A stretch of DNA of 64,000 nt from an uncultured Clostridia bacterium (GTDB lineage Bacteria > Bacillota > Clostridia > Christensenellales > UBA1242), in NCBI GenBank assembly GCA_944383975.1, contig CALWRN010000049.1:4635-68634 (forward strand), given 5' to 3'. Position 1 is the stretch's first letter; the number at the start of each line of letters is the position of its first letter. Both the position numbers and the translations under genes were made by a program. Positions 46,624 to 55,727 of the stretch are shown here, piece by piece. The notes beneath the pieces are model-generated. The model made no database searches. It saw only the letters and a list, made by a program, of their open reading frames with translations, and was not told the DNA's origin.

Positions 46624-49209
46624 TTATAATTGTGATTGTTCATATTGTTCAATGAGTTCAAATGCCTTTTCAAAATCAATATTTTTATAATTTTCTTCTG
46701 CAAAATAATTTTCGTAACCTTCTTGACTTTCAATAAATTCTATTGCATCAGAATATGTGCTTTTTAATTTGCTCATTAAATTTATGAACGCACCATTAAA
46801 TAATCCTATTTCTGATTTACCATTTTCAGATAGCTCAACTCTATAAGCATTATTCTGCATATTAACAAACAAATTTGTAAGAATTGTTTTATCTAAGTCT
46901 TTAAGAGTGTTACCCTCTTGATATACCTTATTTAATTCTATAAAACTTTTAAATACATCACATATTTCCTGTGTTTGATCTTCGCTGTTTCCTTCTATCA
47001 ATGTTACAGATGAAATGTCTATTTTACTTAATGCTGGAGATGTCAAACCATCAAGCACATCTTTAACACTATTTATAAGATCTTGTTTAAAGGCTGTTGT
47101 TGATTTTGCATATAAAACAGGCTTTAATATAACATCTACATCTTCATTTGTTAAACAATTCAAAAGTTCACTTATTTGTCCAGACAATGCAAGATCAAGA
47201 TAAGTTTTATCTTCTGCCGTTTTTCTATTTAAATCAATAATTAATTGAGATACATATTTATAATCATTTTTCCACTCTTGATAAGTTGTTAAATTTGAAA
47301 AATCTACTATATCATTTGTAAAACTATTTAATTTTTCATTAATTATAGATTTTACAGGTTCTACTTGTTGAAGTGGCAATAAAACCTTGCTTAATAAGTC
47401 ATTATTACCTTCTTCTGAAAGCAGTGTCGCCAAATTAGACATTATAGTCTTACTGTCGCCACCTGCACTAATTATTTCATATAATCCACTATCTCTTAGT
47501 TGCGTTAAACTTGGAGAAATAAAGCTAAACATTTGTTGATAATTTTCAATTGTTTGAAGTTGACCATCAGCGTCATATATTTGTCCTTTTGGAAGAATTA
47601 TATTATTTTCTGTTAAAAATTTATCAACTACAGGAACGCCATCTTTATTTTTAAGAAGCTTTATATTCCTTATTTCATCAATCAATTCACCAACGCTCTG
47701 CAAAATGCCATCTATATCATAATTATCTTCTTTAACTAGCAAAATTATTGGATCATTTAAAAAATCAGATAAATTAACTTGATTTGAGATGTTTGAATAA
47801 TCATGTATACTTTTAACTATAGATGAAGAAAGATCATTCCAATCTTGCTCATTCCATGTGCTTACGTCAACATCAATACTGTCGCTTTCTTCTATAATAC
47901 TATTAATGCCACGTTGAACAATAGGCTCTATTCCATCACGAACCAAATTCACTTTAAGCAAGTTGTTTACTGATTGTTCAAATTTTTCAACATTTTGTTG
48001 ATTTGTCAAAATGTTAAGTATATTCTCTGTATTTTTATTTTCCAAATTGATTATTTGATCTATAATTCCATTTTGTCCTAGTGTTTTAAAAACTATAAAG
48101 ATTTGTTTTATATCATTACTAAAATAATTTTGATATCCATTTTCTTCATCTTTATGAGTCACTAATTTTGTGCCTATTTCATTTATAATATCAGAATATT
48201 CTTGTAAAGATTGATTGTCTGCAATAAATGGATAATTTTCATAATTTTCTATTATATCTGCAATAAAATCACATACAACTGTTTTAAATAATCCGTTTTC
48301 CATTGTATTATTTAAAACTTCTTCTAGTTTATCGTAGTTTATATTTGTATATTGTATATTTTCTTGATATGAAACTTGAAAAGCAAAGTCAGCAATTTCA
48401 TAATAGTTTTCTAATTCTTGTCTTATATACACAGTTTCATCTTCAACTTGAAATTTAGATAAATAGTCAAATGTGGCATTATCCATTCCAAAAATTCCAC
48501 AAATTTTAGTAAGCAAATTATCTTCCATTCCTCTGATAGCTTGAACTGCTTGATCTGGTAGATATTCTCCAAGCACACCATTCTCTAAACGTTTTCCTTC
48601 ATCTTGCCCTGTTGTTTGATCTGTTTGCTCTTGTGAATATGCTGATGCTTCAATAAAATAATTTTCTGAATAAGTAAAACTATTTGCTGTTCCTATTAAA
48701 CCAGCAAGTGGCATAAAAGCAAAGATTGTTATTACAAATGCTTTTGCAAGACCAACAAGACCTCCAAAAAGTCTATGTTTTTTCTCGTTTTCCTTCTTCT
48801 TTAAGAAAATGCATGCAATAATTTTATAAATTGCATAAATTAAAATCTCCATTATAATTGTCAAAAGTATAAAAACAATTGTATTTGCAATAGCTGATGG
48901 CAAATTTGCAAACACTGTCTCCAAGTTTGGATTATTTGAAATTAAATTTGAAATGTTTGGATCTTCTTTTACGGCAACAACCAGCATTTGACTTAATGTA
49001 GTAGTTTGACCGTTATATTCAACACTTATCCCCATTATCGCATTAGTTATAACAGGTGTGATAAAAAAGGCAATCACTGCCCCTATTAACGATATAACTA
49101 AATTGACAGTTGATTTTTTCAAGCCTCTCCAAAATCCAACAAAGAACCCTGAAACTAATATTGCTATAAATATTAATGAAACAATTAAAGCAACTACTGT
49201 TGAACTCAT
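46624..49209 (-). CDS. Large membrane protein with CvpA-like N-terminal domain
   Basis: 861 aa. The first ~170 aa hold four TM helices resembling the CvpA family (VALIVSLIFIAILVSGFFVGFWRGLKKS..). The remaining ~690 aa are acidic and N/E/D-rich, with no recognised domain. Confidence 0.6.
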   Translation of the reverse strand: MSSTVVALIVSLIFIAILVSGFFVGFWRGLKKSTVNLVISLIGAVIAFFITPVITNAIMGISVEYNGQTTTLSQMLVVAVKEDPNISNLISNNPNLETVFANLPSAIANTIVFILLTIIMEILIYAIYKIIACIFLKKKENEKKHRLFGGLVGLAKAFVITIFAFMPLAGLIGTANSFTYSENYFIEASAYSQEQTDQTTGQDEGKRLENGVLGEYLPDQAVQAIRGMEDNLLTKICGIFGMDNATFDYLSKFQVEDETVYIRQELENYYEIADFAFQVSYQENIQYTNINYDKLEEVLNNTMENGLFKTVVCDFIADIIENYENYPFIADNQSLQEYSDIINEIGTKLVTHKDEENGYQNYFSNDIKQIFIVFKTLGQNGIIDQIINLENKNTENILNILTNQQNVEKFEQSVNNLLKVNLVRDGIEPIVQRGINSIIEESDSIDVDVSTWNEQDWNDLSSSIVKSIHDYSNISNQVNLSDFLNDPIILLVKEDNYDIDGILQSVGELIDEIRNIKLLKNKDGVPVVDKFLTENNIILPKGQIYDADGQLQTIENYQQMFSFISPSLTQLRDSGLYEIISAGGDSKTIMSNLATLLSEEGNNDLLSKVLLPLQQVEPVKSIINEKLNSFTNDIVDFSNLTTYQEWKNDYKYVSQLIIDLNRKTAEDKTYLDLALSGQISELLNCLTNEDVDVILKPVLYAKSTTAFKQDLINSVKDVLDGLTSPALSKIDISSVTLIEGNSEDQTQEICDVFKSFIELNKVYQEGNTLKDLDKTILTNLFVNMQNNAYRVELSENGKSEIGLFNGAFINLMSKLKSTYSDAIEFIESQEGYENYFAEENYKNIDFEKAFELIEQYEQSQL

Positions 49210-49495
49210 ACTTTCTCCTTTTTATCCTTTTCTATATAATACCATTTTTTGTATATTTTTTTCAATTAAAATTTTAACATTACGAAAAATTGTTATACAT
49301 TTCTAGTTAAATTTTTGACAAAAAAAAGCGATTTAAAACTTTTTTCATTCCTACATAAAAAATCTTTGATGGTCTCAATGCTTACAATAAAATATCAATG
49401 TTATTTTTCTATAACAAAGTGCTGTTTTTGTCAAAAATTGTTATTAAAAATCATTGACAAATAATTTTAAAAGGTCTAACATATATTACGTACAA

Positions 49496-49511
49496 CCACT
49501 ATATATTCCGA
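49496..49511 (+). promoter_or_regulatory. Candidate NrdR box 1
   Basis: ccaCtAtATaTtccga matches the NrdR consensus acaCwAtATaTwGtgt at 12 of 16 positions. Confidence 0.5.
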
Positions 49512-49526
49512 TTTGCCTGAAAAATC

Positions 49527-49542
49527 ATACAATATATAGTAT
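49527..49542 (+). promoter_or_regulatory. Candidate NrdR box 2
   Basis: ataCaAtATaTaGtat matches the consensus at 14 of 16 positions. Its centre is 31 bp from box 1, the usual tandem spacing, and it overlaps a possible TATAGT -10. Confidence 0.6.
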
Positions 49543-49572
49543 AAGTATTCATAACCGATAGAGGAGGAAATT

Positions 49573-51918
49573 ATGGTAAAGAATATTTTAAAAAGAGATG
49601 GAAGACTTGTAAGTTTTGACAGCTCAAAAATTGAAAATGCTATTTGCAAGGCAATGAATGCAGTTGGTGATAAGGAGTTTAAAACAGCTCATAAACTCGC
49701 AGTTATTGCTGAAGAAGAAATCAATAAAGAATTTTCTGACAAGACACCAACAGTTGAAAACATTCAAGATATTGTTGAAAAAGTTTTAATGAAAAAAGGA
49801 CATGCTGATGTTGCAAAAGCATACATTCTTTATCGTGATAAAAGAAGCAGAGTAAGAGAGATGAATTCTTCTCTTATGAAGACTTTTGATAAAATTAATA
49901 ATAGTGATGCTAAAGATGTTGACCTTAAAAGAGAAAATGCAAATATTGATGGCGATACACCTATGGGCGTTATGCTTAAGTTTGGTTCAGAAAGTGCAAA
50001 AAACTATTTCACTAATGCAGTAATATCACCTGAACAAGCAAAAGCTCATCAATCTGGAGATATCCATATTCATGACTTTGATTTCTATACTTTAACAGAA
50101 ACTTGTTGCCAAATTGATGTTGAAAAATTGTTTAAAGGTGGATTTCATACTGGACATGGTTTTGTTCGTGAACCTAATGATATAAGAACTTATGCTGCAC
50201 TTGTTTGTATTGCTATTCAATCAAACCAAAATGATCAACATGGTGGACAAAGCGTCCCTAACTTTGATTATGGATGTGCCCCAGGTGTTATGAAAACCTT
50301 TAAGAAAATTTATAGAACAAACTTCGCTAAAGCCTATGATCTTAAAGAAGCAGGCTCTTTGAGTGAAGATGAAGTTAAAAATATAATTAAAAACATTGAA
50401 AAAGAAAAAGGCTTATACCCTACTCTTGCTGGCAATAAAGAATATGATGCCGCAGAAAAAGAAGCTTTTAAAAAGTACATAAAAGATGAAGATCTTTATA
50501 ACAAAATTAAAGATTTTGCAACAAAAACTACAATTACAGAAACAGACGAGGCAACTCACCAAGCAATGGAAGCCCTTGTTCACAACTTAAATACTATGCA
50601 TTCTCGTGCCGGCGCACAAGTTCCATTCTCATCTTTAAACTTCGGAACTGATACATCTCCAGAAGGAAGAATGGTTGTTAAAAACTTCTTAAGAGCTACA
50701 GAAGAAGGCCTTGGTAATGGTGAAACTCCTATATTCCCTATCTCAATTTTTAAAGTAAAGGAAGGCGTTAACTATAACCCTCAAGATCCAAACTATGATC
50801 TTTTCAAACTTGCAATTAGATGTTCTGCAAAAAGAATGTTCCCTAACTTCTCATTCCTTGATGCACCTTATAACCTTCAATACTACAAACCAGGTCACCC
50901 TGAAACAGAAGTCGCATATATGGGATGCAGAACAAGAGTTATGGGAAATGTATATGATCCTTCAAGAGAAATTACTTATGGAAGAGGAAACCTTTCTTTC
51001 ACTTCTATCAACCTTCCTCGTCTTGCAATTGAATCAAAGGGAGATTTAAAGAAATTCTATGAAGGACTAGACGAAAAACTTGAACTTGTAACAGAACAAC
51101 TTCTTGATAGATTTAAAATTCAACAATCTAAGCATGTTTACAATTATCCATTCTTAATGGGACAAGGTGTTTGGATTGACTCTGAAAAACTTGGAAGATA
51201 TGATAGCGTTGCAGAAGTTTTAAAACATGGAACTTTAACTTATGGATTTATCGGTCTTGCTGAAACACTTGTTGCTTTAACAGGAAAACACCATGGCGAA
51301 AGCGAAAAATCTTGGAAGCTTGGATATGAAATTATTAAACATATGAGAGATTTTGCTGATAAGATGTCTGAAAAATATAAACTTAACTTCTCAGTTATCG
51401 CAACACCAGCAGAAGGTTTAAGTGGAAGATTTGTTAAAATAGATAAACAAAAATATGGTGTTATTAAAGGAATTACAGATAGAGAATATTATACTAACAG
51501 TTTCCATATACCTGTATACTTCCCTATTAGCGCTGAAAAGAAAATTGATCTAGAAGCACCTTTCCATGAATTATGTAATGGTGGACACATAACATATGTT
51601 GAACTTGATGGTGATACAACAAACAACCTTGACGCCTTTGAACTTATAATAAGACATATGAAGGAAAAGGGAATTGGATATGGTGCAATCAATCACCCTA
51701 TAGACAGAGACCCTGTTTGTGGATATAATGGAATTATTGGAGATTTCTGTCCACATTGTGGAAGACAAGAAACTGATGGAAAAGGAAACTTTGAAAGAAT
51801 AAGAAGAATTACCGGTTATCTTGTTGGAACTCTTGATAGATTTAACAACGGAAAACGTGCAGAAGAGCATGATCGTGTTAAACATGGTATTGATGAACCT
51901 ATTCCAAATAGAAAATAA
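49573..51918 (+). CDS. nrdD: Anaerobic ribonucleoside-triphosphate reductase (class III)
   Basis: 781 aa. It has an N-terminal ATP-cone (ILKRDGRLVSFDSSKI), a C-terminal Zn site CGY..CPHCG and a glycyl-radical motif RRITGYLVG. RBS GAGGAGG. Confidence 0.95.
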   Translation: MVKNILKRDGRLVSFDSSKIENAICKAMNAVGDKEFKTAHKLAVIAEEEINKEFSDKTPTVENIQDIVEKVLMKKGHADVAKAYILYRDKRSRVREMNSSLMKTFDKINNSDAKDVDLKRENANIDGDTPMGVMLKFGSESAKNYFTNAVISPEQAKAHQSGDIHIHDFDFYTLTETCCQIDVEKLFKGGFHTGHGFVREPNDIRTYAALVCIAIQSNQNDQHGGQSVPNFDYGCAPGVMKTFKKIYRTNFAKAYDLKEAGSLSEDEVKNIIKNIEKEKGLYPTLAGNKEYDAAEKEAFKKYIKDEDLYNKIKDFATKTTITETDEATHQAMEALVHNLNTMHSRAGAQVPFSSLNFGTDTSPEGRMVVKNFLRATEEGLGNGETPIFPISIFKVKEGVNYNPQDPNYDLFKLAIRCSAKRMFPNFSFLDAPYNLQYYKPGHPETEVAYMGCRTRVMGNVYDPSREITYGRGNLSFTSINLPRLAIESKGDLKKFYEGLDEKLELVTEQLLDRFKIQQSKHVYNYPFLMGQGVWIDSEKLGRYDSVAEVLKHGTLTYGFIGLAETLVALTGKHHGESEKSWKLGYEIIKHMRDFADKMSEKYKLNFSVIATPAEGLSGRFVKIDKQKYGVIKGITDREYYTNSFHIPVYFPISAEKKIDLEAPFHELCNGGHITYVELDGDTTNNLDAFELIIRHMKEKGIGYGAINHPIDRDPVCGYNGIIGDFCPHCGRQETDGKGNFERIRRITGYLVGTLDRFNNGKRAEEHDRVKHGIDEPIPNRK

Positions 51919-51936
51919 AAAAAATAAAGACGATTT

Positions 51937-51970
51937 AATTTAAGCGAAAATTTTGATTTTCGCTTAAATT
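51937..51970 (+). other. Perfect 15-bp-stem hairpin between nrdD and nrdG
   Basis: aatttaagcgaaaat-tttg-attttcgcttaaatt. No U-run follows on either strand. Confidence 0.7.
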
Positions 51971-51997
51971 ATGTCAAAAATAAAGAGAGTATTTAAT

Positions 51998-52510
51998 ATG
52001 GCTAAATTAAGAATTTCAGGAATTGTAAATGATTCAATAGTTGATGGACCAGGTCTTAGATATACAATTTTTACTCAAGGCTGTCCTCACCACTGCCCAG
52101 GCTGTCATAATCCTCAAACGCACGACTTTAAGGGTGGACGAAAAATGTCAATCAAAAAAATTGAGAAGGAAATTAAAGATAATCCCCTTCTTTATGGAGT
52201 AACATTCTCTGGTGGCGAACCTTTTGTTCAAGCTAAACTGCTTTTGCCTATTGCAAAATTTGTTAAGGAACAAGGACTTGAACTTGCAAGTTATACAGGC
52301 TTTTTATTTGAAGAATTGTATAGCGGAAAGATTCCTTATGCAAAAGAACTTCTTCAATATATTGATGTGTTAATAGATGGAAAGTTTGTTTTAAGTCAAA
52401 AAAGCATGGATTTACGTTTTAAAGGTTCTCGCAATCAAAGAACAATTGATGTGCAAAAATCATTAAAGGAAGGCAAAGCCATTTTATCTACAAATGAAAA
52501 ATGGGTATAA
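51998..52510 (+). CDS. nrdG: Anaerobic ribonucleotide reductase activating protein (radical SAM)
   Basis: The DGPGLRYTIFTQGCPHHCPGCHN cluster motif is present. The likely start is the ATG at 51998 (MAKLRISG), after AAGAGAG. The ORF-track ATG at 51971 has no RBS and sits at the hairpin base. Confidence 0.9.
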   Translation: MAKLRISGIVNDSIVDGPGLRYTIFTQGCPHHCPGCHNPQTHDFKGGRKMSIKKIEKEIKDNPLLYGVTFSGGEPFVQAKLLLPIAKFVKEQGLELASYTGFLFEELYSGKIPYAKELLQYIDVLIDGKFVLSQKSMDLRFKGSRNQRTIDVQKSLKEGKAILSTNEKWV

Positions 52511-52611
52511 AATAAAAAATTATTATTTTAAATTTAATTATAAAATTATTAAAAATAAAAAAATAATATTAAATAGAAAATTAAAATTAAATAATTAAAT
52601 AAATATTAAAA

Positions 52612-52650
52612 TAATAAAAAAACGGAATTTTTATTCCGTTTTTATTTTTT
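52612..52650. terminator. Bidirectional terminator between convergent nrdG and metG
   Basis: AACGGAAT-ttttatt-CCGTT flanked by A9 and T-runs, embedded in A/T-only sequence. Confidence 0.6.
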
Positions 52651-52732
52651 TATAATTATTTTTTATTTTATTTAATTTATTTAATAATAATTAATATTAT
52701 TTCAATATTATTAAATAATTAAATTATTCTAT

Positions 52733-54328
52733 TTATTTATTTGCAATTTCTCTTAATTCTTCAGTTTCTTTTGCAATATCTAATCTTGGGAACAATATTT
52801 CAAGCTCTCCTAATTTTTCACCATCTGTCAAACCTTTAAAGTTGTCAATATCACTAAAATCATCTCTCGGATTTAATCCTAATGCTTTTAAAACCTTCTC
52901 TGTGCAATCTGGTGCAAAAGATTGGAATAGCTCTGTTCCTATTCTAATTGCTTCTAGAAGTTCTCTCAAAATAACTGATAGTCTATCCCCTGCATTTTCG
53001 TCTTTTGCTATTGCCCAAGGTTGAACTTTTTGAATATAAGTGTTTGCTTCTGTAAAGATATCAAAAACTGAAGATACACCTTTTGTTACATCAAAATTCT
53101 TCATATTTGCAAAAACATCGTTAGCATATTTTATGACATTGTTTCTAAATTCAATATCATCTTTTTCAGTTGGTTCAACATAATTTGGAATTATTGAATC
53201 AAAATATTTTCTAACCATGCTGAATGTTCTTGAAACAAGGTTTCCATAATTGTTAGATAAGTCTGAATTTATTCTTGATAGAAATACTTCTGTTGAATAA
53301 TTTCCATCACTTCCAAAAGGTATTTCTCTATAAAGAATATATCTTACTGCATCAGCAGTATATCTAGGAACTAAAATTCTTGGATCAACACACTCTTTTA
53401 CTCCACTTTCCTTACTCTTTGAAAGTTTGTCTCCACCAAATAATATCCAGCCATGTCCAAATACACGCTTTGGAAGAGGAAGACCTAAAGCCATTAATAT
53501 TGCAGGCCAAATAATAGCATGAAATCTTACAATCTCCTTTCCTATAACATGAACATCTGCAGGCCAAAATTTTTCATATAAAGACTGATCATCACTTCCA
53601 TAGCCAAGTGCTGTTATATAATTTGAAAGCGCATCTATCCAAACATAAATTGTGTGTTTAGGATCAAATTCTACAGGCACTCCCCACTTAACTGATGTTC
53701 TAGAAACACATAAATCAGTAAGCCCAGGTTTTATAAAATTATTTACCATTTCATTTACTCTGTTTTTAGGCAATAGAAATTCTGGGTTTTCTTCATATAA
53801 TTTTAATAATTTATCACCAAACTCTGAAAGTTTAAAGAAATAAGCCTCTTCCTCTTGAAATTTCACTTCTCTTCCACAATCTGGGCACTTTCCATCTACA
53901 AGTTGACTTTCTGTCCAAAATGATTCGCAAGGTGTGCAATACCAACCTTTATAAGACCCTTTATAAATATAGCCTTTTTTATATAATTCAGTAAATATTT
54001 TTTGCACAGCTTTTTCATGATAATCATCTGTAGTCCTTATAAACTTATCATAACTTATATTTAAAAGTTTCCACAATGACTTTGTGTCAGCTATAATCTC
54101 ATCAAGGTATTCCTTTTCAGTTTTATTAACGGCTTTAGCAGCTTGTGTGATCTTTTGACCATGTTCATCAGTCCCTGTTAAATAAAAAACATCTTTACCT
54201 TGCTTTCTGTTAAACCTTGCAATTGCGTCACAAACTATAGTTGTATAAGAATTTCCTAATGTCAATTTATTGCTAGGATAATAAATTGGTGTAGTTATAT
54301 AAAACTTTTCTTTGCTTTTTTCCATCAT
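52733..54328 (-). CDS. metG: Methionine--tRNA ligase (short form)
   Basis: 531 aa. The class I N-terminus is FYITTPIYYPSNKLTLGNSY, the zinc knuckle is CTPCESF..CPDCG, and the KMSKS-like motif is KLSKSK. Confidence 0.93.
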   Translation of the reverse strand: MMEKSKEKFYITTPIYYPSNKLTLGNSYTTIVCDAIARFNRKQGKDVFYLTGTDEHGQKITQAAKAVNKTEKEYLDEIIADTKSLWKLLNISYDKFIRTTDDYHEKAVQKIFTELYKKGYIYKGSYKGWYCTPCESFWTESQLVDGKCPDCGREVKFQEEEAYFFKLSEFGDKLLKLYEENPEFLLPKNRVNEMVNNFIKPGLTDLCVSRTSVKWGVPVEFDPKHTIYVWIDALSNYITALGYGSDDQSLYEKFWPADVHVIGKEIVRFHAIIWPAILMALGLPLPKRVFGHGWILFGGDKLSKSKESGVKECVDPRILVPRYTADAVRYILYREIPFGSDGNYSTEVFLSRINSDLSNNYGNLVSRTFSMVRKYFDSIIPNYVEPTEKDDIEFRNNVIKYANDVFANMKNFDVTKGVSSVFDIFTEANTYIQKVQPWAIAKDENAGDRLSVILRELLEAIRIGTELFQSFAPDCTEKVLKALGLNPRDDFSDIDNFKGLTDGEKLGELEILFPRLDIAKETEELREIANK

Positions 54329-54692
54329 ATTTCTCCATTTATATCTTTAAAATTTTATCACACGCTTATTTTTTTGTCAATCAATTAACCCCCTTTACAA
54401 TTTTGATTTATCTTTTAATATAATTTTATTTTTATCATTTTTCGTCATTTTTACAAAAAATTTTTCTTGTATTATAAAAAATAAAAATGTTATTATGAAA
54501 AAGTGAAAAATAACCTCATTTTTATTTTAGGCCTTATAATTTTGGTCGCAACAGTTTGGGTTATCACAAATATAGGCCTTAAAGTTGAATATGAAAAAAT
54601 TTTAGATAATATTGCTACAATAAGCAGTTTGCCTTCTTGTATCTTTTATTCATTCTTTCATTAAACAAGCCGTTATACTCCCGCCCGAATAA

Positions 54693-54721
54693 TTGATTTA
54701 TAATTTAAAATGTGGTATAAT
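54693..54721 (+). promoter_or_regulatory. Promoter of the MBL hydrolase gene, extended -10
   Basis: TTGATT (54693-54698), 17 nt, TGgTATAAT (-10 at 54716-54721). Only 11 nt separate the -10 from the ATG, and no RBS is present. Confidence 0.5.
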
Positions 54722-54732
54722 TCTATTACATT

Positions 54733-55515
54733 ATGCGAGTTATTAATTTAGCATCAGGTAGTGATGGAAATATTACATATATAGAATCTGACGACCAAAA
54801 AATACTTTTGGACGATGGTTTATCATGTGCTGAAACCGTTAAAAGACTTGAACTTATTGGTGTTAAACCAAATCAAATTAATTCTATTATATTAACTCAT
54901 GAACATTCTGATCACATAAAAGGTGTTGATGTTTTTTCAAGTAAATATAATATTCCGGTTTATGCACACCAAGATGTTTGGATAACCCTTGACGAAAAAC
55001 TAAAGAAAGTTTCACTACAAAACAGAAAACTTTTTGATGGACAATTTTACCTTAATGATCTTGTAATAACCCCTGTTGAAGTTCCTCACGATGTAAAATG
55101 TTTTGGCTTCAGTTTTAGTCAAAATGATAAAAAAATAAGTGTTGTAACCGACCTTGGGCATCTTAATGATAAGATTTTGGATAACATGAAAGGAAGTTCG
55201 CTTGTTTATCTAGAAGCAAATTATGATAGAACTATGCTTTATAATGGAACAAAATATCCCCTTTCATTAAAAAGAAGAATTGATGGTCCAAATGGACACT
55301 TGTCTAATATGAATAGTGCTGATGCCGTAGAGTTTTTAACATTAACTGGCACAAAACAAATTGTTCTCTCTCACCTAAGTAAAGAAAACAATACTCCAAG
55401 TTTAGCATATTCGTCAATTTGCAAAAAAATAGAAACAGAAGGAATCAAAGAAGGCGAAGATGTAAGAATAGATGTTGCTAGAACTACTCCGGGCTCTTTT
55501 TTCAAATTGAAATAG
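54733..55515 (+). CDS. MBL-fold metallo-hydrolase, YycJ/WalJ-like
   Basis: 260 aa. The N-terminus is MRVINLASGSDGNITYIE and the metal motif is LTHEHSDH. Confidence 0.85.
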   Translation: MRVINLASGSDGNITYIESDDQKILLDDGLSCAETVKRLELIGVKPNQINSIILTHEHSDHIKGVDVFSSKYNIPVYAHQDVWITLDEKLKKVSLQNRKLFDGQFYLNDLVITPVEVPHDVKCFGFSFSQNDKKISVVTDLGHLNDKILDNMKGSSLVYLEANYDRTMLYNGTKYPLSLKRRIDGPNGHLSNMNSADAVEFLTLTGTKQIVLSHLSKENNTPSLAYSSICKKIETEGIKEGEDVRIDVARTTPGSFFKLK

Positions 55516-55727
55516 CTTATATAAAAATAAAAGATTAAAAGCTATTAAATAAAAACTGCTTAATATCTACATAAAATTTCATATTAAAAATTCATGTTAT
55601 TAGCATATACTAATTAAAAACTATAATATTTTAAAGGGTTCATATATATTAAAGAACCTTTTTTATTTTTCTTATTGAAATTATATTATAAATGTGGTAA
55701 AATATAGTTAAGATATGGAGGTTTATT

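Noticed and set aside
54329-54732. A T-box or other riboswitch in the 400-bp region upstream of metG.
   Set aside because: No AGGGTGG-type T-box core (or its complement on the relevant strand) is present, and there is no terminator/antiterminator pair. The region is mostly AT-rich promoter-like sequence plus a possible small ORF.
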